64,000 nt of DNA from Patescibacteria group bacterium (GTDB lineage: Bacteria > Patescibacteriota > Minisyncoccia > Phycocordibacterales > DATDWN01): positions 111,398 through 175,397 of the forward strand of contig JAZKAN010000001.1 in NCBI GenBank assembly GCA_040389125.1. The letters run 5' to 3'. Shown here piece by piece: positions 9,706 to 16,226 of this stretch. The notes under the pieces were generated by a model. It was given only the letters and a program-made list of their open reading frames with translations, did no database searches and was not told where the DNA came from. The translations under genes were made by a program, and so were the position numbers. The number at the start of each line of letters is the position of its first letter. Position 1 is the first letter of the stretch.

Positions 9706-10692
9706 TTATTGTGCTTGCACTGGAACTGGTTTTTGATAATCATGTGGATTTATTGTCTGTGAAAAACAATATCGTCCTGCTGGATGAATATTCATATTCA
9801 ACTCCCCACCATATCTTGGAACTGCACTCTCAGTATTATTTTTTGCTTCTTTGTTAAACTCTGCGCAGATTTGATATGCAGTTGCAGAGGTTTTAATATA
9901 TTCATAGGGCTTTTTTGTCTGACTATCTACGTTTGGAGCATAGTAGTATTCTGTATTTGAAATATCTACAATTGATTCAGGTAATACGCCTTGTAATGAG
10001 TAATAATTTTGTACACTACTATTCAAACTCTGGAGATCAGAAACTTTCTGATCATCATATCTCATAAGTCTCTGTGTTCGTGGAGAACCAAGTACAGCAA
10101 ATCCCCAGATAATAGATCCGAGAACAATCACAGTCGTAATACTAATCCACATCTTGCGAGATGCTGCTGTGAGTCTACCTCGAAGATCAGAAACAAAATA
10201 AAGAAACACACAAAATGCAACTACAAACACTGCAAGAACTTTGAGTCCAAATGCAGCCGTAATATCCTGTCCATCAATAAAATAGTAGAGGATAGTGACG
10301 AGATCACCGGCGAGAGTCAGTCCTGATACAAACAGAGTTATATACACAAGCCATTTGTGCGCACCAAGGGTTTTCTTTTCAGGTTCAGTAACATAACTAC
10401 TCTGCAAAATTCTCATGAGAACAACAAACAATGGAAAAAATATGATGAGTGTTGCCACAGGAAAACTGATTGATGACGAGTTAGAATAGATTCCAGTATA
10501 GTATCCAGTAATCTGTGGATATGCCTTGTTGATAATTGTAAAGAGAAGGTTTAGAAGTGCAACGATTACAGTATACATAGCTACAAATGCTCCGAGGTTA
10601 ATGAAAAAATCTCGAACGCCCGCCTTTGGTTTTGTTTGTATTGTTGGTTCCATAATATCTAATACGAATAGATTACTAATAATAACAGCCAT
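9706..10692 (-). CDS. DUF5671-like multi-pass membrane protein
   Basis: N-terminal VRDFFINLGAFVAMYTVIVALLNLLF and several TM helices. An alternative ATG at 10653 (MEPTIQTK...) is equally plausible. Confidence 0.75.
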   Translation of the reverse strand: MAVIISNLFVLDIMEPTIQTKPKAGVRDFFINLGAFVAMYTVIVALLNLLFTIINKAYPQITGYYTGIYSNSSSISFPVATLIIFFPLFVVLMRILQSSYVTEPEKKTLGAHKWLVYITLFVSGLTLAGDLVTILYYFIDGQDITAAFGLKVLAVFVVAFCVFLYFVSDLRGRLTAASRKMWISITTVIVLGSIIWGFAVLGSPRTQRLMRYDDQKVSDLQSLNSSVQNYYSLQGVLPESIVDISNTEYYYAPNVDSQTKKPYEYIKTSATAYQICAEFNKEAKNNTESAVPRYGGELNMNIHPAGRYCFSQTINPHDYQKPVPVQAQ

Positions 10693-10761
10693 TATTATAC
10701 CACATACATATGTATACGCATCAAATCTTAAACTCTATCACACCACCATCTTCTCAACTAT

Positions 10762-10785
10762 AGGCTATTCTTTTCAGAATAGCCT
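10762..10785. repeat. 9-bp stem hairpin
   Basis: aggctattc (10762-10770) pairs with gaatagcct (10777-10785); loop ttttca. Confidence 0.5.
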
Positions 10786-10813
10786 TATAAATATGGAAGA
10801 AAGTCGATTTGCC

Positions 10814-10857
10814 CGTCTACTAAGCCCACAAATTCCCTTTTACGGCCTTAGTAGGCG
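10814..10857. repeat. 13-bp stem / 17-nt loop hairpin in the left junction region
   Basis: cgtctactaagcc (10814-10826) pairs with ggccttagtaggcg (10844-10857), with one bulge and one G-T pair. Confidence 0.5.
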
Positions 10858-10902
10858 AGCAAGCCATTATTTGTAAATTTCAAGGATCGGGCTAAGGACA
10901 GT

Positions 10903-10933
10903 ATAAACAACCGCTTGTTCAATAGCAAGCGGT
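10903..10933 (-). terminator. Rho-independent terminator after the small basic ORF / integrase unit
   Basis: Minus strand reads ACCGCUUG-cuauugaa-CAAGCGGU followed by UGUUUAU. The stem starts at the stop codon. Confidence 0.6.
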
Positions 10934-11061
10934 CATTTGTCCCCTTTTTTCTTTCTCTTTTTTCCACTCAAAATACCCATCTTTTTGAAGTGGTCGACTC
11001 CGTGTTTTTTCTTTGTTGCAACCCCTCCTTTTTTACCTAGTTGTTGCGCAGCTTTATTCAT
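10933..11061 (-). CDS. Small basic protein, 42 aa (KGG-like lysine/glycine-rich)
   Basis: Below the ORF-track size cutoff. My translation is MNKAAQQLGKKGGVATKKKHGVDHFKKMGILSGKKRKKKGDK*. It lies 44 nt downstream of the integrase stop on the same strand and is followed by a terminator. Confidence 0.55.
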   Translation of the reverse strand: MNKAAQQLGKKGGVATKKKHGVDHFKKMGILSGKKRKKKGDK

Positions 11062-11105
11062 ACCTGCTAATTATAGCAAGCGGTTGTTAGTTTTGGAAAG
11101 GCGTA

Positions 11106-12023
11106 TTATGCACCCCTGAATTTGCGGTATCTCTTTTCTGCCTGTTTACCGTACATCATGGTATAGACCATAGAGCTCTCAATGCATGAGTGTCCAAGGA
11201 TGTTTGTAACGTCCGAGTTGGACCCACCCTTTTCAATAATATTTCGTCCCATGTAATGCCTCATTGAGTGAGCATTCATATTCTTTTCAAGGCCAGCTTT
11301 ATTGGAATAGCCTCTGAGCATCTCACAGACACCGCTTGGCTTGAATCTGTATCCCCTAGTTTTATTTGCTCCTGAGTTGTGGATCGAAATAAACAATGCG
11401 TTTGGATCCCGAAGGACATTTCCTCTTTTGAATCGTTCCCTTCTTTCTATCCATTTGTTGATCGCAATGCTCGTTTCCTTTGTCCAGAATATTTCTCGCA
11501 AAGGACGGCGAGTTTTTGCTTTCTCAGTTTTAATTAATGCTTTGTTATTTACAAGGTCGAGATCATCCATATCAAGTGCGAGGATCTCTCCATTTCGTGC
11601 GCCGGTATCCCAGAGTAATCTGATGATCGCTTCGTTTCTTACATTTCTTGGATCGGTATTTTGCGGAATGATATTGAGCAGCTTCTTGTATTCTTCAGGA
11701 GTAGCGACACGAGGGATCTTATATTCCTTCTGCGGTATCGGTATAAGGTTTTCATTGATAACTCTCCAACCTCTGAGATTGCAGAATTCAAAAAACTTTT
11801 TAAGCGCCATACACTTTGAAATAAAGCTGTTGTGCGCCCACCCGATCTCTCTCATGAGATTCAGGTATTCCATGACATTATTTAAACTCACGTCTTCGAT
11901 GTGGGGATTTCTCAAAAACAAACAAAAAAGACGAAGGTCTTTGTCATTACCCCGAGTAGTAGTTCCGTTTATCTTGAACGTTCGCCAATTGGTGAATTCG
12001 TCGATTGCGTCTTTGAATAGCAT
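11106..12023 (-). CDS. int: Tyrosine recombinase / phage integrase (XerC/D-like, 305 aa)
   Basis: SAM-like N-terminal domain. Catalytic signature: LWDTGARNGEILAL (Arg), HSMRHYMG (H-x-x-R), LGHSCIESSMVYTMM (His...Tyr). Confidence 0.93.
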   Translation of the reverse strand: MLFKDAIDEFTNWRTFKINGTTTRGNDKDLRLFCLFLRNPHIEDVSLNNVMEYLNLMREIGWAHNSFISKCMALKKFFEFCNLRGWRVINENLIPIPQKEYKIPRVATPEEYKKLLNIIPQNTDPRNVRNEAIIRLLWDTGARNGEILALDMDDLDLVNNKALIKTEKAKTRRPLREIFWTKETSIAINKWIERRERFKRGNVLRDPNALFISIHNSGANKTRGYRFKPSGVCEMLRGYSNKAGLEKNMNAHSMRHYMGRNIIEKGGSNSDVTNILGHSCIESSMVYTMMYGKQAEKRYRKFRGA

Positions 12024-12275
12024 AAATTAGTCAACTGAAAAGCCCACCTGATGCTAGTCAAAGTGGACTTTTAGTGACTTTCTGCCTATCAATGAAATTA
12101 ATCGGCGGTACGGTCATTCCCAAGCTTGGGATACATACTCTTGCGAGTATGCACTATTATCTTACTCTATTCCCTTGGGAGATAGCAAGATAACGCTTGA
12201 GCAAAGTCCATTGCTAGCATCCTGACCTAGTTACGGTCGGATCCCTTTCGGGACAATGGATTTATATTCAGTTGT
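12024..12275 (-). ncRNA. Structured 5' leader / candidate ncRNA upstream of integrase
   Basis: No ORF longer than 17 codons. A 19-bp long-range helix (12203-12221 with 12050-12071) encloses a multi-hairpin junction. GNRA loops GAAA (12241-12254) and GCAA (12134-12151) are present, with a promoter upstream. Family not recognised. Confidence 0.55.
12209..12258 (-). repeat. Copy 1 of a 50-nt module shared with 45116-45165
   Basis: The plus strand reads cattgctagcatc-N18-gatccctttcgggacaatg. The partner copy has the same 13-mer, the same 18-nt spacing and 18/19 identity in the second block. Confidence 0.85.
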
Positions 12276-12281
12276 CACTAC

Positions 12282-12310
12282 ATCCTAGTGTAGTGCCGTT
12301 CTATTGTCAA
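12282..12310 (-). promoter_or_regulatory. Putative sigma-70-type promoter for the integrase leader
   Basis: Minus strand TTGACA (12310-12305), 17-nt spacer, TAGGAT (12287-12282). Confidence 0.4.
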
Positions 12311-12391
12311 GAAGGACAATCTATGGTGTGAAGCAAAAACAAGTAAAATATTGAAAAAGTCAATAAAAATAAGGGTATTTTGGACGGTTAT

Positions 12392-12426
12392 ATAAAAAGT
12401 CGCACCACTTTTGAGGCGGTGCGACT
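12392..12426 (-). terminator. Rho-independent terminator of the PRTase gene
   Basis: 9-bp stem agtcgcacc/ggtgcgact (12398-12406 / 12418-12426), followed on the minus strand by UUUUU. Confidence 0.7.
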
Positions 12427-12450
12427 GAATTTGCGATCGAAGAATACGGG

Positions 12451-13467
12451 TTATTTCAATCTTTCCTGCACCTTTTGCAGGAAACTGACCACCTCAATAT
12501 CAAAAGGAGGAAGATCCTCATGGAAGCCCAGTACGATCGGGATTGAGACCCTCGGGCAGGCTTTTATTAGCTCCCCGACCGTAATTGAACGCCCCTTGTG
12601 TCTTTCAACGCGGCTGAAAATCTCGATACTTGTTTCCAGACAGAACTGGGACAAGTCCCGAGCTCCGTCAGAAGGCATGGTCGCCCATCTTTCCATTTTA
12701 CCGAACGGCAGAATGTAAGGATAAGCACAGCTCTCACCAGTAGCCGTCTGCACGGGCAGGAAATTTGACGAGGATTGCTCGCCAAGAACACGTCCGCAAT
12801 TCGGTACGAACGGAATGAGATCGTGATCAGGGATCCAATCGACTAAGTTTTCGAGAGGATCAACAATCACCAACTCTCCATCAAACACCTCTTTGAGAAC
12901 GGAGAATGCCCGAGTGCAGCAAAAGCCAATGATGACAGCTGTCACTTTCAGACCCAAGTCGCTCAGATTGTTTAGAACGAAGCGAAGAGTTCCGCCAGTG
13001 AAGGCGCCATCTTCAATCAAGACGACTGATCGGCCAGCGATCTTTTCAGCGAGATCCTTGAACTGCTCGTCCAAGGTTTTGAATCCCGGTCTGGGACCGT
13101 GTCCCATCATTTCACCGTCTGTGTTGAACAAACGATTAATGTTGAGGACAAGTCCCTCGCTCTTTGGATTTGAATCAGCAATCTCTTGGCACGTACTAAG
13201 CACCACTTGATTGCTCATGTCTTGGATGCGAAGCTCGACTTGTTTCCAAATCTTAAGCCTCACTCTGCTCATTCCGATCGTGTGTATGTTCACGTCAGGC
13301 AAAGCTTTTTGTAGCTTCTCTAACAGGATCCGGTGAAAGTTCCTGAAGAGTGGATCGTTCTGATGCGGAACCTTTACAGCTCCAGATCGGAACACTTGAA
13401 GACGACTGGCAACATCATAGGTAACCACGTAGGTTCCACGATGAGCCGATGAACGGACTTTTTTCAT
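12451..13467 (-). CDS. Type I phosphoribosyltransferase-domain protein (338 aa), subfamily unknown
   Basis: PRPP-binding loop SVVLIEDGAFTGGTL (nt 12985-13029). Strong SD aaggagg 5 nt before the ATG. The flanking N- and C-terminal regions are not recognisable. Confidence 0.85.
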   Translation of the reverse strand: MKKVRSSAHRGTYVVTYDVASRLQVFRSGAVKVPHQNDPLFRNFHRILLEKLQKALPDVNIHTIGMSRVRLKIWKQVELRIQDMSNQVVLSTCQEIADSNPKSEGLVLNINRLFNTDGEMMGHGPRPGFKTLDEQFKDLAEKIAGRSVVLIEDGAFTGGTLRFVLNNLSDLGLKVTAVIIGFCCTRAFSVLKEVFDGELVIVDPLENLVDWIPDHDLIPFVPNCGRVLGEQSSSNFLPVQTATGESCAYPYILPFGKMERWATMPSDGARDLSQFCLETSIEIFSRVERHKGRSITVGELIKACPRVSIPIVLGFHEDLPPFDIEVVSFLQKVQERLK

Positions 13468-13498
13468 GGAACCTCCTTTTGATTTATATGTGAAAGAA

Positions 13499-13516
13499 CA
13501 AGGCGAAATTGCCTTG
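13499..13516 (-). terminator. Weak hairpin between the TrpR-like and PRTase genes (possible attenuator)
   Basis: caaggc/gccttg 6-bp stem, followed on the minus strand by UUCUUUC. Confidence 0.3.
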
Positions 13517-13550
13517 ATTTATTTTACAGTTTTACTGTTGAGTTAGCGAA

Positions 13551-13862
13551 TTATTTTTGGTCGCCCTTCATCCGTTCAATCATCATTTTGTAACCACCAC
13601 ATCCTTCAGTAAGCCATCGATTGATCTTTGTGATAGTGACTGGCGACTGTCCAGATTCTTCTTGAATTTGAGAGAATGGAACACCGGCATCAAGCTTCTT
13701 GGCAACGTCCCATCGCATTTGTAGCTCTCTTAGATCTCTTTCGCTCATTAGATCTCGGAAGAAGGCTTTTAGCTCTTTTTCGTCCTTCAATGACAAGAAT
13801 GCCTTTATCAATTCAGGCGATACCTCTGCCCATATTCCGTTTTTTTCTTCATCGGATATCAT
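13551..13862 (-). CDS. TrpR/YerC/YecD-family DNA-binding protein
   Basis: LMSERDLRELQMRWDVAKKLDAGVPFSQIQEESGQSPVTITKINRWL matches the Trp-repressor-like HTH pattern. Confidence 0.85.
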   Translation of the reverse strand: MISDEEKNGIWAEVSPELIKAFLSLKDEKELKAFFRDLMSERDLRELQMRWDVAKKLDAGVPFSQIQEESGQSPVTITKINRWLTEGCGGYKMMIERMKGDQK

Positions 13863-13983
13863 GTTCTCTTAACTATAACATTTTCGTAAAAAAATGGGTA
13901 TTTGAGCTTTTCTTTATCTTTATTTTACTTTTTCTTTATAAAATCTTTAGAAAACTGTTATCCGCAGGACATTACGCAGAAGC

Positions 13984-14001
13984 AAATTAGTATGCTAATT
14001 T
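13984..14001. promoter_or_regulatory. Perfect 7-4-7 palindrome in the divergent intergenic region
   Basis: aaattag-tatg-ctaattt lies immediately upstream of the 14008 start. Candidate operator. Confidence 0.35.
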
Positions 14002-14007
14002 TTGAAC

Positions 14008-14283
14008 ATGCCAAAAATTGAAATCGATCCATTCGAGGATCTCAGGAAAAATGGACATATTTGGGAAGGTGACAAAGCTACCCTGTGGTACCACGAAAAA
14101 CTCGATGGATCTTTCAGTCTGGTTGTTCTCTACAACTTCGAAGATAAAAAACGGCGACTTTTTTTGGAAGTAAACAATCTAAAACGTAAAGTTGAATTTA
14201 AGAACGAAGATATTTCGGACGATCTCTATACTCATATCCTCATGGAAATTGAGGCGTTCAAAGGAATTTCAAATGCAAAATAA
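14008..14283 (+). CDS. Hypothetical protein (91 aa)
   Basis: The ORF-track start 14002 is TTG; the first ATG is at 14008 (MPKIEIDPFEDL...). No recognisable motif. One of only three plus-strand genes in the mobile region. Confidence 0.55.
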   Translation: MPKIEIDPFEDLRKNGHIWEGDKATLWYHEKLDGSFSLVVLYNFEDKKRRLFLEVNNLKRKVEFKNEDISDDLYTHILMEIEAFKGISNAK

Positions 14284-14290
14284 AAGTTTC

Positions 14291-15235
14291 CTACTCCCAA
14301 CAGATTTCGGGCTTCTCTCCGATTATTTCTTCTAGATATTTTTGAACTTCTGGCATACCACCGATCTCATCAACTAATCCATCGGCTTTGGCTGTAACTC
14401 CTAGAACAGTTGATCCATCTGCCATCGCTTCTACTTTCTGGATTGGAATATTTCTATTCTTTGATACGTCTTCAATAAAGTTTCTATAAACAATTTTTAA
14501 GTCTCGCATTATGAGATCTTTGTCCGCCTGCGTTATAGGTTTATCTGGATTACCTGTATCTTTAAATTGCCCACTAGTGAGTGGAATATACTGATATCCA
14601 TCTTTTGCATTTTTGCCGGTGTTATCTAAATAGGAACTAGTGACTCCAATACTTCCGACATCAGAATTTCTTGATGCAAAAATCTTTCCTGCACTGCTTA
14701 TAGCCCAATATGCAGCTGAAGCCCCTGTTTGTCGTATCAATGCAACTGTCGGCTTTGTGCTATTTTTTAATGCTGCTGCAATTTCTTCTCCGGCAACCGG
14801 CACTCCACCACCGGAATCAACTTCAATCAGAATTGCTTTTATATTTGGATCTTCGTTTGCTGTTCTAATCGTTCCATTAATATTTTCACTTGCGACTACA
14901 TCGTAATTAAAAAAGGAATCATTGTCGCTATGGTCAGGAATATATGTGAGCAACATTCCGTGCAGATTTATACCAACAACAGAACAATCATTATCATTCG
15001 CTTCGCTCACGGAAGATCCATTTGATAAGACTTGCTCGTTGGTATCAAACAAATGAAAAGATCCTAAAATCTGAAATACAAAAAAGAAAATTACTGCATA
15101 AAAAGAGATTTGCGCGATAATTTTTAGAAATTTTCCGAGGCGAGTATTCAATGTCCACCTTAAAGACCTTTTTGCCCATTCGCCTACCCTGTCAGCAATT
15201 TCTAGGGCTTTTTTGTCTAAACGTGAATCATTCAT
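14291..15235 (-). CDS. sppA: Signal peptide peptidase SppA (S49, 36K type), membrane anchored
   Basis: N-terminal TM segment. S49 core GGGVPVAGEEIAAAL ... QTGASAAYWAISSAGKIFASRNSDVGSIGV. Confidence 0.88.
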   Translation of the reverse strand: MNDSRLDKKALEIADRVGEWAKRSLRWTLNTRLGKFLKIIAQISFYAVIFFFVFQILGSFHLFDTNEQVLSNGSSVSEANDNDCSVVGINLHGMLLTYIPDHSDNDSFFNYDVVASENINGTIRTANEDPNIKAILIEVDSGGGVPVAGEEIAAALKNSTKPTVALIRQTGASAAYWAISSAGKIFASRNSDVGSIGVTSSYLDNTGKNAKDGYQYIPLTSGQFKDTGNPDKPITQADKDLIMRDLKIVYRNFIEDVSKNRNIPIQKVEAMADGSTVLGVTAKADGLVDEIGGMPEVQKYLEEIIGEKPEICWE

Positions 15236-15255
15236 TTTGATATGACTCTAGTATG

Positions 15256-15426
15256 CTACAAATCTGATGCAATTTCCACTGCATCATCTTCGTCTAGCCC
15301 TTCGTCGATAAGCTCTTGAGCTTTTTCCGCAACATCCTCATCGATATCATGCTCTTGCATGAGGGTCTTTAATTCCTCATCAATCTCATCAACTTCTTCT
15401 TTTGGATTTTCCTTTTCTTCATCCAT
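15256..15426 (-). CDS. Small highly acidic protein, 56 aa
   Basis: Below the track cutoff. My translation is MDEEKENPKEEVDEIDEELKTLMQEHDIDEDVAEKAQELIDEGLDEDDAVEIASDL*. The ATG lies 2 nt after the Cas4-like stop. Confidence 0.5.
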   Translation of the reverse strand: MDEEKENPKEEVDEIDEELKTLMQEHDIDEDVAEKAQELIDEGLDEDDAVEIASDL

Positions 15427-15428
15427 GA

Positions 15429-16223
15429 TTAATTTGTGTCTACAGCATTTGCAGCCTTTCTATAGCTACAGTGATCGCATTTGTGACTTGCTTCAGGCAT
15501 GTCGCCATCGAGGCACTGTTTGATCTCATGGAGAACACCCCCAACCCATGAGTCATCACCAGTGTAAGGAATCAAGTCGATATCAAAATCTAGTTTTGCA
15601 TCAAAAGCTTCCCGATCTGTTTTTCCGTTGCAATATACAAAGTAGCCGGTGTCGGAAACTTTAAAGCCAAGCTTACGAAGGAGCCATTGATACATCTCCA
15701 TCTGTCGTTTGTATCCGATCTGCCAGTCCGCATCAAGGGTAACCTTTGATGGTTTGCTTGTAGATTTGTAATCCACCACAGTGATCTCGCCCTCATTGTT
15801 GACCCAGAGATCGTCTACAGCACCAGTCATGATGAAATTTGTCGGTGTGTGATGATATTGAACACCCTTGAAATTCTCACGCCATTCCCCCATTTTCTCA
15901 TGTGCAAATGGGACCATATCAAGCCCGTACGCCTTCATTAGCGGATGTGGGGTCTTCTTAGCCCTGTGGATGTCGAATTCCTTCTTTAGGAGGGCATCTA
16001 CGGCTGAATTCAGGGCAAACGGAAAGCCCGGTACCTGCCCTACGCCAAGCCGACGATCCATATAAAAGCACTTCGGGCAGTTCATGTAGAGCTCAATCTT
16101 GGATCGGGACAATTTGAAAGGATCCGAGCTTTCTGGATCGTAGAGGTTTCTTGTTCGGTTGGCGTTATAATATTCCGACATATATTTAGTATATTGGTCA
16201 AATTTGGCTGTATAGTCAAGCAA
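15429..16223 (-). CDS. Cas4-like PD-(D/E)XK nuclease with Cys cluster
   Basis: CPKCFY near the N-terminus; GAVDDL...VVDYKST...YKRQMEMYQ nuclease core; C-terminal CDHCSY. Start is TTG at 16223, 3 nt after the upstream stop (alternative ATG 16181). Confidence 0.82.
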   Translation of the reverse strand: MLDYTAKFDQYTKYMSEYYNANRTRNLYDPESSDPFKLSRSKIELYMNCPKCFYMDRRLGVGQVPGFPFALNSAVDALLKKEFDIHRAKKTPHPLMKAYGLDMVPFAHEKMGEWRENFKGVQYHHTPTNFIMTGAVDDLWVNNEGEITVVDYKSTSKPSKVTLDADWQIGYKRQMEMYQWLLRKLGFKVSDTGYFVYCNGKTDREAFDAKLDFDIDLIPYTGDDSWVGGVLHEIKQCLDGDMPEASHKCDHCSYRKAANAVDTN

Positions 16224-16226
16224 GCC

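Noticed and set aside
11341-12030. 229-aa plus-strand ORF opposite the integrase
   Set aside because: The minus-strand frame carries the full tyrosine-recombinase catalytic signature. The antisense ORF has no motifs.
12195-12225. GAGCAAAGTCCA resembling the RNase P RNA GAGGAAAGUCC box; more generally tmRNA or tRNA as the integration target
   Set aside because: The region is too short, and other universally conserved RNase P blocks (for example the ACAGAA..GGCUUA region) are absent. No tRNA-like acceptor or T-arm is present. The only GGTTCGATCC-like string (62214-62223) lies inside an ABC permease CDS.
12024-13467. Retron hypothesis (structured ncRNA with long flanking inverted repeat next to a PRTase effector and an HTH protein)
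   Set aside because: No reverse transcriptase gene is present anywhere in the window. The RNA also lies downstream of the PRTase terminator, upstream of the integrase.
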